A stretch of 62,929 bases of DNA, from the IMG/VR virus record IMGVR_UViG_3300034392_000002, one strand, 5' to 3'. The position numbers and the translations under genes were made by a program. The first letter of the stretch is position 1. Every line of letters begins with the position of its first letter. The stretch comes from a virus. Below are positions 26,971 through 35,781 of the stretch, piece after piece. The notes beneath the pieces were generated by a model, which saw nothing but the letters and a program-made list of their open reading frames with translations, did no database searches and was not told the DNA's origin.

Positions 26971-28209
26971 TTAAGCCGCGTAAGCCTGCATCCACGTCGG
27001 GAATCCGGCGGCGGAGAACAGCACCGCGCCGTCAACGACCACGCGCGCATTACGCTGCACGTTGGCAAACCCGGTGATGATTGAGGCAAACGTGCCGCTG
27101 ATCTGCTTGGAGACGATGCGTTCCGACTCAACGAGGAGCGGTCGGGCCGTGAGCTGCACGAGCGCAGAAGATGGGTCTGCAAACACCATCTTCTGGCCGG
27201 GCACTTTCAAGCTGAGATACAAGTCCTGCATCGTCGGCAGCGGCGACCGCAGGCGTGTCGGGGCGAGCGCGGCCGCGCCGGGGAACTGCGTCCTCAACAC
27301 TTCGGGGAGCATCAGGTAATCGAGCGCGGTTGTGGCGTTGCCGATAATCGCCGTCGAACTGCGACCGAGCAATCCCATTTGAATCCAGACGCGCACCACA
27401 TCTCGGTATGTGATGCCATCGTCCGTGTCTTCGACGCCGATGACTGCCGCCGCCTCGCTGCCGTCGGCCTGGTCGCCGTTGATGAGCGCGAGCACCGCGT
27501 CGCCGTTGAGGATATGACCAAGGATTCTCCCAAAGTCTTCGAAGAAGAGAGCGACCATGTCGAGGCTGTTGAATTCAATGGCCTCGTAGGTAATCTCGAT
27601 TCCCTTAGCGCGCTTCCTGACGGCGACTTCTTTGGAGCCGTACTTGACGGTGCCGACTTCGATGGTCGCGCCCTCTTCACTCTCGGCCAGCGCGGCCTCG
27701 GACAAATCGAGGTGCGGCATCGTGACGGTCATGTTGCCGACCGTGATTTCACGAATGACTAGGTCAGGATAGAAGACCGACTGCACAGCGCCGCGCATAA
27801 TCGGGTCCATGATGACTTCCGGCGAGATCCAGCGCGTGCCGCCAGCGCCGCCTTCGCTCGTGACCGTAAAGGAACTGACGGACTGCTGCATCTTCTTGAA
27901 AGCAGCTTGCATCTGCTCGCGCTGCGCGATGCCCATCCCGCGCAGGATGGCCTCGCGCATAATCTCCGGCAGCAGCCACGCCGTATCATCGTCGCTCATT
28001 AGGGAGCGGACGGTCGTAAAGCTCGGATTGATGCCAAGCTCCGCGAACAACATCTCCGGCGTCGCGCCCGGATGGCTCTCCGCGAGGTATTCGCGCAGGC
28101 CGATGTTGCGTGGCTCATTCACGTTCTGGCGCATTGCTTCCATCGCCTTGACAATCGAGCGGACTTTTCCCTTCAGTCCATGAGTCGCAGTCTTCTTCTG
28201 GACGGTCAT
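26971..28209 (-). CDS. major capsid protein
   Basis: 412 aa; lies after the protease/scaffold and decoration genes; N-terminal LFAELGINPSFTTVRSLM...LLPEIMREAILRG resembles capsid families. Confidence 0.7.
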   Translation of the reverse strand: MTVQKKTATHGLKGKVRSIVKAMEAMRQNVNEPRNIGLREYLAESHPGATPEMLFAELGINPSFTTVRSLMSDDDTAWLLPEIMREAILRGMGIAQREQMQAAFKKMQQSVSSFTVTSEGGAGGTRWISPEVIMDPIMRGAVQSVFYPDLVIREITVGNMTVTMPHLDLSEAALAESEEGATIEVGTVKYGSKEVAVRKRAKGIEITYEAIEFNSLDMVALFFEDFGRILGHILNGDAVLALINGDQADGSEAAAVIGVEDTDDGITYRDVVRVWIQMGLLGRSSTAIIGNATTALDYLMLPEVLRTQFPGAAALAPTRLRSPLPTMQDLYLSLKVPGQKMVFADPSSALVQLTARPLLVESERIVSKQISGTFASIITGFANVQRNARVVVDGAVLFSAAGFPTWMQAYAA

Positions 28210-28278
28210 CTTCTTATACTCCTTTGCGGTGTGTAGTCCTCCCAGCCGGGTCAGGCCCTCTGGACTGAAAAATAGAAA

Positions 28279-28686
28279 TTAGTATTCCAACACTTCGAGA
28301 GTTGCCCCGTCAGCGCCGCCCTTCCAGCAGATGCCGTAGCGCGTTTCCGGCTTATCGCCGGCGACGGCATCGGTCTGCCCTGTCCATTTCGCGGCCCGGT
28401 TTTCTCCCGTGCCAGGATCAACAGCGGCCAACTTGACAATCTCACCGGCGGCGACCGCACCGCTCGCCTTAATTTCGACCAAAGCGTTGAAGCGCGTCTC
28501 AAGTGTGCCGCTGCCGTTTGCCGCACGCGCTGTCTTGAAGACACGCCCAACAGGGATAGCATTGGCTCCGGCCTTATCCACCGTCTTATCGCCGGTGATA
28601 GACACGATGGTGTCTATCGGCAAGTTGGCGGTCACGATTGTCGCGGGAATGTTCAGGGTCGAACGGTGCGCTCTGAGTTTAGTCAT
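28279..28686 (-). CDS. head decoration protein (DUF2190-like)
   Basis: 135 aa, Gly/Ala/Val-rich beta protein (AVAAGEIVKLAAVDPGTG) directly upstream of the capsid gene. Confidence 0.55.
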   Translation of the reverse strand: MTKLRAHRSTLNIPATIVTANLPIDTIVSITGDKTVDKAGANAIPVGRVFKTARAANGSGTLETRFNALVEIKASGAVAAGEIVKLAAVDPGTGENRAAKWTGQTDAVAGDKPETRYGICWKGGADGATLEVLEY

Positions 28687-28733
28687 GTGCTTCTTCTCCT
28701 ACACTGATGAGCAGAGAAAACTGCCCGGGGAAA

Positions 28734-30026
28734 TTAGTTAAAGAGCGATTTGCCGGCAGGCGCAGCAGGCGCGCGGTTTTCCAACGTCTCGTCCGAAGGA
28801 GTCTCAACAGACGAGCGGCCACTCACGTTGGTCGAGCCGCAATCCTGACAGGTAGACTTGAACTTCGCCGCTGCCTTCTCGGTGTACAACTTGGTCAGGT
28901 CTACGAGCTGCGACGCCGATGCTTTGTTGATGATGTCAGCAAGAGCAACCGGCAGAGTGCCTTCGGCGTCCGCTTCGGCCAGAGTGGCGACGCGCAGGCA
29001 TTCGGCGCGTGCTTCACCCATCAGCGTTTCGCCGGCTTCGGCCGCGGCTGCAAGTTCCTCGAGCTTGGACAGCACGATTGAATCCGGCACGTCCTCGCCC
29101 TCATGGGCTTCAAGGCCCAACTTCTTTTTCTGTTCGGCACTAAGTTTCACGGTCGGATTCTCCTTTACAGTTTGGGCAGCGGCGCTGGCCTCAGATGGTT
29201 GAGTCGGGCTGGAAGCTGGCGGAGCGGGCGGCGCTGAATTTTGAGATGTGGCGGAAGCTGCAAAGTCGTCATCGTCTCTCTCTCTGTCTGAGCCGCGCTT
29301 GGCCAGCCTGTCCGCTCCCTGCGTGACGAGAGAAATTTCGTGATAAGCCTCAATCTTGGTGGCTATCAGGCGAACGATTGAGCCTTCTACTTCCTCGCCG
29401 AGCAGGTCACGGAATTTGCCGTCCTTCTCAAGCTCAGGGTGTGAATACTCGTAAGTGAAGACAACAGTGACGGAGACGCTGTGAATCGCAGGCGGCTTCA
29501 TCAAGAGGCCGCGCGCTATCCTGGGGCTAATCTTCCAGTCAATCTTTAGTTCGGCGTTGATGCCCGGAGTGCCTTCCGAGAATTGCCCGGCCTGATCCCA
29601 CAGCGATTGATTAACAGCGCCGAGCCATCCCTCGACTTTCTTGTTGTCGTGGTTCGGATACACCGTCTGTCCGGCCAGCAAAGGCACGCTGGCATTGAGC
29701 ACGTCAACAGGGAACTCGACCCAGTGGCCGGGAATGATGACAGCGGAAAGAGCGCGAAAGAGCGGATAGATATAATCCGTATCCTTCGGCATGATGTCTT
29801 CGACGGTCTCGAACTTCGGCCCGCGCTCTGGCTCGATATTGATATTCGTGTCGAAGAAAAAGGAACGGCGCGCAGTCTCGTCGGCGAAACTCTCAGCGGC
29901 CGCCGCCGTCATAATGTCGGGAGCAACCGGCGAAGCGTTGACGCCGAAAGTCCCGCCGAACGGCAACAAAAGGTCAACGCTCGCGAGACGTTTCTTCAGA
30001 TTGAGAATGCGGATGTTTGTGTCCAT
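28734..30026 (-). CDS. prohead protease / scaffold fusion
   Basis: QTVYPNHDNKKVEGWLGAV (HK97-type protease His region), Ala/Glu-rich coiled C-terminal half; lies between the portal and capsid genes. Confidence 0.55.
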   Translation of the reverse strand: MDTNIRILNLKKRLASVDLLLPFGGTFGVNASPVAPDIMTAAAAESFADETARRSFFFDTNINIEPERGPKFETVEDIMPKDTDYIYPLFRALSAVIIPGHWVEFPVDVLNASVPLLAGQTVYPNHDNKKVEGWLGAVNQSLWDQAGQFSEGTPGINAELKIDWKISPRIARGLLMKPPAIHSVSVTVVFTYEYSHPELEKDGKFRDLLGEEVEGSIVRLIATKIEAYHEISLVTQGADRLAKRGSDRERDDDDFAASATSQNSAPPAPPASSPTQPSEASAAAQTVKENPTVKLSAEQKKKLGLEAHEGEDVPDSIVLSKLEELAAAAEAGETLMGEARAECLRVATLAEADAEGTLPVALADIINKASASQLVDLTKLYTEKAAAKFKSTCQDCGSTNVSGRSSVETPSDETLENRAPAAPAGKSLFN

Positions 30027-30274
30027 TAAGCTGATGCGTCATCGGGCTTCGCCGCAAGGCAACCAGGGCAGGTCACATCCTGCCAGCGTTGCGAATAACT
30101 GTTGCCGCGCGGCCAAGTGGTCGGCGCTCCGTAATCCTTCGACATCGGGCAGTCCGTCTGGCCAAATTTCAGATGATGGACAACAATTGTCTCCGGCTGT
30201 TTCAAATCTGAGAGGTCGTCTTTCGTGCTACTCATGTTTCCCCTTATGTGAGCTGTAGTCTCTTCACATCTCAT
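30026..30274 (-). CDS. small hypothetical protein
   Basis: ATGA overlap with the upstream gene; an alternative duplicated start with its own RBS at 30235. Confidence 0.45.
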   Translation of the reverse strand: MRCEETTAHIRGNMSSTKDDLSDLKQPETIVVHHLKFGQTDCPMSKDYGAPTTWPRGNSYSQRWQDVTCPGCLAAKPDDASA

Positions 30275-30310
30275 GTTTCCTCTTGTGTGCGCTGTGCTGT
30301 CTTAACATCT
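30233..30310 (-). repeat. Tandem 39-bp duplication (2 units, 32/39 identical) containing RBS plus ATG
   Basis: catgtttccccttatgtgagctgtagtctcttcacatct / catgtttcctcttgtgtgcgctgtgctgtcttaacatct. Confidence 0.85.
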
Positions 30311-30474
30311 AGTAAGTTGCCGGTCGTCTCCATGCTGAGAGTGCGCGGAGCAGTCGCAGCCTGTTCAAAACTCTTGCCACATTGAGGACAGACGCGCCGC
30401 TCGACAGCGGGTTTATCCAGCGGCGCGCTGCACTGCGGGCAGAAGTTTTGGCTGGCTTGACCGAATTGACTCAT
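30271..30474 (-). CDS. small zinc-ribbon protein
   Basis: CPQC ... CPQCG pairs; 67 aa. Confidence 0.5.
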   Translation of the reverse strand: MSQFGQASQNFCPQCSAPLDKPAVERRVCPQCGKSFEQAATAPRTLSMETTGNLLDVKTAQRTQEET

Positions 30475-30510
30475 GTGGGTCGAAGTTAAGGTTAAGAATT
30501 AAGCAGGGTG

Positions 30511-30569
30511 AAAATAAATCCGCCCCGCTAAAGTTTGAAGGCGCGATGCCTTCTTCGTTCAACGGGGCG
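30511..30569 (-). terminator. Compound hairpin followed by a U-rich tract (minus strand)
   Basis: Outer stem cgccccg/cggggcg, inner stem gaaggc/gccttc; the minus strand continues gatttatttt. Confidence 0.5.
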
Positions 30570-30570
30570 T

Positions 30571-30625
30571 ATTATGCGTGCAGAAAGGTTGTTTTCGGTG
30601 TGAGTAACACCGTGAGTAACACCGC
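30571..30625 (-). promoter_or_regulatory. Candidate late promoter module B: 2 x GGTGTTACTCAC - 23 nt - CATAAT (minus-strand reading)
   Basis: 27-bp string tgtgagtaacaccgtgagtaacaccgc is identical to 39213..39239; spacing to the attatg hexamer is identical. Confidence 0.55.
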
Positions 30626-30634
30626 GACGGCTCA

Positions 30635-32257
30635 TTAGGCCGCTACTTCCAGCACCTCCGGCAAAGCGCGATAGCTCTGCGAATCTTTGTCAAATCTCAG
30701 CGTGATAAGAGACGATGCGCTGCCTTTGCGCATTGCGGAAAGCGCACGCAATGCCTTCGCCGCCTCCGGGTCTTTGACCATCAAAGCAGGATCGTAGGCT
30801 GATTCATAACCACATTCCTGAGCGGCCTTATCAGGTGAAATCATGCCTTTCTGAGCTTTGAAGACAGCAGTCTCTGTTCTGACCTGTTCAGCGGTAGCTT
30901 CATTAACGGCATTGCTGGCAGGTGGGCGATTAAACCCGATGGAGATACCGTCAACCTCGATTCCCCCGAGACGCAAATCCAGCATGTATGTTCTCTCCTG
31001 CCTGCGCTTGGGTAAGCGCTGCATATTGCCGGACTGAGCCTTCATAAAGTTGTACACCACGCCGGCGTACGTTTCGGTTGTAGAATCCGTGCGGCCATGA
31101 AAAGCAGGAAAGGTACCCATCCCGGAAAAGACTTGCTGTTCTGACTTCTCATACCATTCGACTCCACCATGAGAATCTGCCGTGAGATTGTCGTGTTTAA
31201 CTGTCTGGTCCTCGTATGTCACAATGATGCCCTTGTTGCTGAGCTTCTCGGCGGCAGCGCCGACTTGGGATTGATAAACCCTCAGGCGAGTTCGATAGGC
31301 AGTTTCTGTTTCATCAGCCTCTTTATCCGGCTTCTTAATCTGAATCGAAATCACACCCAGCAGGCCAAACTTCTTAGCGATAAATTTAATGTTATCCAAC
31401 ATGTCCTTCTGCGATCCTGTAATCGGCTCGATGGCAGCTGTCGCAGGCGGCTTGGCGTAAGGGCTGTTTTCGACTGTTTCCAGAGCGTAGTAACGATATG
31501 TCTCATCGCTTAAGCGGATCAGACCAAGAGGCGAGCGGGCCAGACCTGCTGCCACTCCAGGTTGCTGGTGCGGTATATACTCGCCTTCGATGTGGCGAAA
31601 GCGAATCTGCTCAACAGGGACAATGACTACCTTCTCGACCCGTCGCTTGCTGAAATTCACCACATCTTCGGAAGAGAGAGCGCCCGACCATGCTATCTGC
31701 CGTAAATAAGCATTGATGAGTCCGTCAATGCCTGCACCATTTTTGTAGAGCCTTGCCGCTGACTCATTGAGGCGCTTAATAGCCTGCTGCGTGCGTCGCG
31801 CAGACGAGGCCTCGACGACGATGTTATGACCCGTGTTGCCGAGGTTGACGACGTTGGCGACATACTGGCTCATATCAGGATTGAAAATCATCAGATGCTT
31901 TAGTAGAGCCAGCATCTCAAAATCAATCACAGGGCTTACGCTGCCGTAGAAGGCGAGTGAAGAACCGAAGCGGTCGGCCAGCGTACCTTCCACCGACGAG
32001 CGGCCTGATTCGGGCAACTCCATGCCATTGACGCGCCTCGTGGCGCGCTCTCTAAGAACAGGTGCGAGGAAGCGGAGCTGCTCTGGTGTAGCGTTATTGA
32101 TGAGCGATGTCAGCGGTTCAGCAAGTGAGCCGTGAGCGGTGGAGTCGGCAAGCGTGGCCAGATATAAACATTCCGCCCTGACAGCGAGAGCAGCGTCTCT
32201 CCTATCTAAGCCAAACGCAGAGCGGAACCATTTCTTAAGGTCATTCCAGTAGTCCAT
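30635..32257 (-). CDS. portal protein
   Basis: 540 aa immediately after TerL (TAATG overlap); size and position. Confidence 0.7.
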   Translation of the reverse strand: MDYWNDLKKWFRSAFGLDRRDAALAVRAECLYLATLADSTAHGSLAEPLTSLINNATPEQLRFLAPVLRERATRRVNGMELPESGRSSVEGTLADRFGSSLAFYGSVSPVIDFEMLALLKHLMIFNPDMSQYVANVVNLGNTGHNIVVEASSARRTQQAIKRLNESAARLYKNGAGIDGLINAYLRQIAWSGALSSEDVVNFSKRRVEKVVIVPVEQIRFRHIEGEYIPHQQPGVAAGLARSPLGLIRLSDETYRYYALETVENSPYAKPPATAAIEPITGSQKDMLDNIKFIAKKFGLLGVISIQIKKPDKEADETETAYRTRLRVYQSQVGAAAEKLSNKGIIVTYEDQTVKHDNLTADSHGGVEWYEKSEQQVFSGMGTFPAFHGRTDSTTETYAGVVYNFMKAQSGNMQRLPKRRQERTYMLDLRLGGIEVDGISIGFNRPPASNAVNEATAEQVRTETAVFKAQKGMISPDKAAQECGYESAYDPALMVKDPEAAKALRALSAMRKGSASSLITLRFDKDSQSYRALPEVLEVAA

Positions 32258-34080
32258 TAGTCATCGTCTCCTGTCCACGGCAACGTGCCAGTGTAGGTTG
32301 AGCGCGGTAAAGTCACCCGCGCAATATGATCGTAAACGCAGGCATGGAAGTAATCGTCCGGCTTGCTGTGTACCCACTTAGGCAGGTCTTTGCCCTCTTT
32401 GTTTTTAACAATCACCCGGATGGGAGCTTTCATCTGCGCGGAAATCTCAGCATCGTTGTGTATAGGAGATGGCCATCGCTCTTTCGCCATCGCAATCTGA
32501 TTAAAGACAGCATCCATCGCCATCGTCCGATTGACGTTGATAATGTCCTCTACCTTCTGCGGGTCAACCTCCTTGACTTCGACGCCGTGCATCTTCTTTT
32601 CTTCTTTCGCTGGCAGCCGGAACAATTCGCCATTGAAATCAGTGTTCGGGTAAAACGCGCGTCTGACTCTGCCCTTATGCGCGTTAGCGAACTCTTTTAT
32701 CGCAGTCGGGTCGTACGCGCCGTCTACTACTGCTTGCCGGACGCGGTAGGTCGTCATCAATTCGGCGAGCTGCTGGTTTATGGAGCGGCCTGGTTCAGGA
32801 ACGAGGAAACCCATCTTGCGCACGTACACCACGTTATCCGGCCCAACTGAAGTGATGCGGTAGTAATAGCGAGCGCCTCCGTCTACACCCATCGTCGTAT
32901 CGCGCCATGGGCCAGTGTCCATCAGCCCGGGCGGGATTTCGACGCTCAACTGCTTGAGCATCTCGTCTGTGATGCCGCTGTCTTTCGGCGTGTAGGCGCG
33001 GCCCAAGAACGAGCGATGCAGCTCGGCGATGACTTCAGGGTCGGTGCTGACGGCCATCACGGCCAGCTTGTTGAGATTGAGCTTGCCGCAGGAAAGTGCA
33101 GGTACATCATAGCCGCTGTAAATCTTATTCTCGGGGTGGCGCGCAGTCCATCGCCCCGGCCCGAAAGTATCTATGGGCTGCTGGCACGAAGGGCAGGCAA
33201 CGTACATCTTCGCGGCTGCTACCTGCTCCTTGTCCCATTTCTTCCAGACTTCGTACCCTTCGCCGTCTGCCCGCGCGTCGCGAAAGAAATCAAGCTCATT
33301 CCACTCTTTGCACGAGCCGCACTCGACCTCCCAGACTTTCTGGTCTGATTCCAGATAGAGGGCATCAATACCCATGTTCGGATAGGTAGGCGTGGAGAGC
33401 GTGAATTTATATTCGAGGTCTGAGTTGGCTAGTCGCGCTTCAGCGAGCGCGACAATGTTTGGCTGGATGCGGTCGAATTCATCGAGCACCAGCAAGTCGG
33501 CGTCAAAGGAAAGCATGTCAGGAATTGACTTGCCTCCCGCCAGATGCATGCTGCTCGGGCCGGCCTTCTTAAAAAATACGGAATCGTATTCTGTGAACAG
33601 GTCTCTGAGGTGTTCAGATTCCGCAATCAGGTTAGAGAAGCGCTGCTTGGAAAAGGAACTCAGCGCCTTGCTGGTGGAGAAGAGATAGCCGACGTTCAGG
33701 CCCTCCTTATCGGTATCAAAATACTTGGCACCGACATCGAGCATGTGACACGACCGGGTGACAGCTAAGGTTGACAAACCTTTCTGTGAAGGTTTTTTGA
33801 CGACGATATTAGGATGAGGGTCGTTATAGATTTGGATGAGTGGGATGAAGCTTCGACGGCGCTTCGGGTCATACTCTAGCGAAAATGGCTTGTTATCAAA
33901 GCGGCGGTAGAGGTACGCCCACTCGAGCTGAGATGGCGGGGGCAACTCTTCATCGTCTTGCCCCGCGGCCGGTGCAGGCTCAGCCGTCTGTTCGTCGGGC
34001 AGAAATGTCAATAACATTTCCGCCAGCAAGGCGACGGAGATCGGTTTTGACTCGCTGCTTTGATTCCGGGTCTGTGACAT
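32257..34080 (-). CDS. terL: terminase large subunit
   Basis: Walker-B-like LLVLDEFD; ~600 aa upstream of the portal; start uncertain (34113, 34080 or 34017) because it overlaps the upstream gene. Confidence 0.75.
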   Translation of the reverse strand: MSQTRNQSSESKPISVALLAEMLLTFLPDEQTAEPAPAAGQDDEELPPPSQLEWAYLYRRFDNKPFSLEYDPKRRRSFIPLIQIYNDPHPNIVVKKPSQKGLSTLAVTRSCHMLDVGAKYFDTDKEGLNVGYLFSTSKALSSFSKQRFSNLIAESEHLRDLFTEYDSVFFKKAGPSSMHLAGGKSIPDMLSFDADLLVLDEFDRIQPNIVALAEARLANSDLEYKFTLSTPTYPNMGIDALYLESDQKVWEVECGSCKEWNELDFFRDARADGEGYEVWKKWDKEQVAAAKMYVACPSCQQPIDTFGPGRWTARHPENKIYSGYDVPALSCGKLNLNKLAVMAVSTDPEVIAELHRSFLGRAYTPKDSGITDEMLKQLSVEIPPGLMDTGPWRDTTMGVDGGARYYYRITSVGPDNVVYVRKMGFLVPEPGRSINQQLAELMTTYRVRQAVVDGAYDPTAIKEFANAHKGRVRRAFYPNTDFNGELFRLPAKEEKKMHGVEVKEVDPQKVEDIINVNRTMAMDAVFNQIAMAKERWPSPIHNDAEISAQMKAPIRVIVKNKEGKDLPKWVHSKPDDYFHACVYDHIARVTLPRSTYTGTLPWTGDDD

Positions 34081-34735
34081 TACGTTCGATTGAAGCGGCC
34101 AGCAGTTGAACAAACCGCATCACCTGCTCCTGCAAATCCACCTTTGATTGAGCGACAAGCCGTTTGGATTCTGCCTCGACGAGGCGTGCGCGCTTTGTCC
34201 ACGCCAGTTCTTCGATCTTCTCCCAGTCCTTATCTTCGCTGACACCTTTGCGCAGGATGCTGAGAAGGCGCTGCAAGGCTTCTATGGCTTTGTCGCGATC
34301 CTTGGCTGCCTGTGCGGCGATGAATTCCTCGCAGGCTTCGAGCGCCGAGGCGACTGTGGCAATGCCAGCTCCTATCTTGCTGCGTGCGTGGAGTATTTCG
34401 ACGCGCATGTCCAGCAGCGAGATGTCGGGTCGCAGGGAGAGCAACTCCGTATCTTCTTTGCGTTGCTGAAAGATGGCCAGCAAGTCGGGATCGAGCACAC
34501 CCTCGTAACGTCGTGCGTGCGTACCATCCTTGAATTTGTGGTGCTCGAGACCTTTGACAGAGTTGCCACCGTGTTTGTGGCAGCGCAGGCCGTCTTTCTT
34601 GTGATGGCGCTTGCAGGGCCCGCGCTCGGTCTTGGCGCGACAGTGGACGGTGCAATATAGCCCTTTCCGCCCTTTGATTTTGACCAGCTCCTGCGCGCAT
34701 TCCGGCTTGCCTTTCTCCTTGATTCCGCATTGCAT
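33980..34735 (-). CDS. putative terminase small subunit
   Basis: Cys/His-rich basic N-terminus (HKHGGNSVKGLEHHKFKDG), then LLSLRPDISLLDMRVEIL; lies upstream of TerL. Confidence 0.45.
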   Translation of the reverse strand: MQCGIKEKGKPECAQELVKIKGRKGLYCTVHCRAKTERGPCKRHHKKDGLRCHKHGGNSVKGLEHHKFKDGTHARRYEGVLDPDLLAIFQQRKEDTELLSLRPDISLLDMRVEILHARSKIGAGIATVASALEACEEFIAAQAAKDRDKAIEALQRLLSILRKGVSEDKDWEKIEELAWTKRARLVEAESKRLVAQSKVDLQEQVMRFVQLLAASIERNVTDPESKQRVKTDLRRLAGGNVIDISARRTDG

Positions 34736-34753
34736 GACGATTCCTGACCGCGT

Positions 34754-35014
34754 TCATTTCGCTTTCAAATTAGCATCGCCGCGTTCGTTTTCTTTTCTCT
34801 TTTTTTCATTGGTGACTACTAATTGGGTTAACAGCGCGAGATAGATAGCTTCCAAGCTCACCCAAGTGGTCAATATCAAGAGCACACGATTGACATCCAT
34901 CACCAGCATCAAGAGCAGGTTAAGAATAAAAAAAATGGTATGAATCAATATCGAAAGCGGCGAGCCGACCTTATCAGCTATCCACTCGGCTAATTTGTTG
35001 AAGTTTTCGCCCAT
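34754..35014 (-). CDS. small two-TM membrane protein
   Basis: 86 aa; hydrophobic SILIHTIFFILNLLLMLVM and LLILTTWVSLEAIYLALL; basic tail. Confidence 0.55.
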   Translation of the reverse strand: MGENFNKLAEWIADKVGSPLSILIHTIFFILNLLLMLVMDVNRVLLILTTWVSLEAIYLALLTQLVVTNEKKRKENERGDANLKAK

Positions 35015-35066
35015 CAGGAACGTTCCTCAGATTTTGCGTTCATGGGGTTACTCAGCGTTCATGGGG

Positions 35067-35486
35067 TTACTTTTTGTCCGTAACGAGGCTCATAAATTCT
35101 GCCCGCATCGCGATGTCGAACTTAAACTGACCGTGAATGGCCGAGCAGATCATCTCGCCCTCGCTCTTGATACCTCGCATCGTCATGCAGGAATGCTCTC
35201 CGATGGCGACGACCGCCACGTCAGACGAGCCGGTCTGCTTCAGCACTTCGGAGGCTATCTGGTCAACGAGTTGCTCCTGAATCTGGAGCTGGTGCGCGTA
35301 GAGATGCGCGACGGCCAGATTCGCCGCGACGATAGCGCCGAGGTAGAGCGCGATGAGCAATACTTCAAGCTTCCACGATTGCGCCGTTCTCTCCGTCCTC
35401 TGAGACTTCGCATTTTGAGAGGCCACAGATTTCGATAAGATGGATGGCCCACTGCTCGCATGACCATGTCTCGACATCAACATCAT
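35067..35486 (-). pseudogene. GTP cyclohydrolase I (FolE)-like C-terminal fragment lacking the CEHH zinc motif
   Basis: LQIQEQLVDQIASEVL...VAVVAIGEHSCMTMRGIKSEG...RAEFMSLV aligns with the FolE C-terminal half; the first ~38 aa are unrelated. Confidence 0.55.
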
Positions 35487-35781
35487 TCGCCTTTCGGTAC
35501 ACCTCCGATTGCGTAAGTGAGATAACCTGTGCGACCTCGCGCTTAAAGAGGATGAATTCGATGTATTCAGAGAGAGAGATTTCCGCTCCGGCGTTCATGG
35601 CAGTGAACGCGCCGCAATCGAGCAGCAATTCGATGAGCGGGTTTGTCAGGATGCGCTCAATAGTCTCCGGCTTCTCCTCGCGCAGGTAAGCGTAAGAAAT
35701 CAGGAGCGGCAGTTTGGCAGTCACTGACAGACGATCGGATCGCGGTGTGACAGGTTTTTGGTTAATAGGCGCGCGCCTCAT
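35365..35781 (-). pseudogene. DpdA/TGT-like transglycosylase N-terminal fragment
   Basis: LLISYAYL ... LLLDCGAFTAMNAGAEISLSEYIEFI resembles the D-S-G-[AG]-F-[ST] region of the TGT/DpdA family. The ORF is only 138 aa and ends where FolE similarity begins in another frame. Confidence 0.4.

Noticed and set aside
35067-35781. Treating the DpdA-like and FolE-like ORFs as intact enzymes, or as one protein joined by a simple frameshift
   Set aside because: The DpdA-like ORF is about half the length of a TGT barrel. The FolE-like ORF lacks the CEHH zinc site. Joining frame A to frame B leaves the spacing to the conserved QERL/QEQL helix ~18 residues too long, so a single clean frameshift does not restore FolE.
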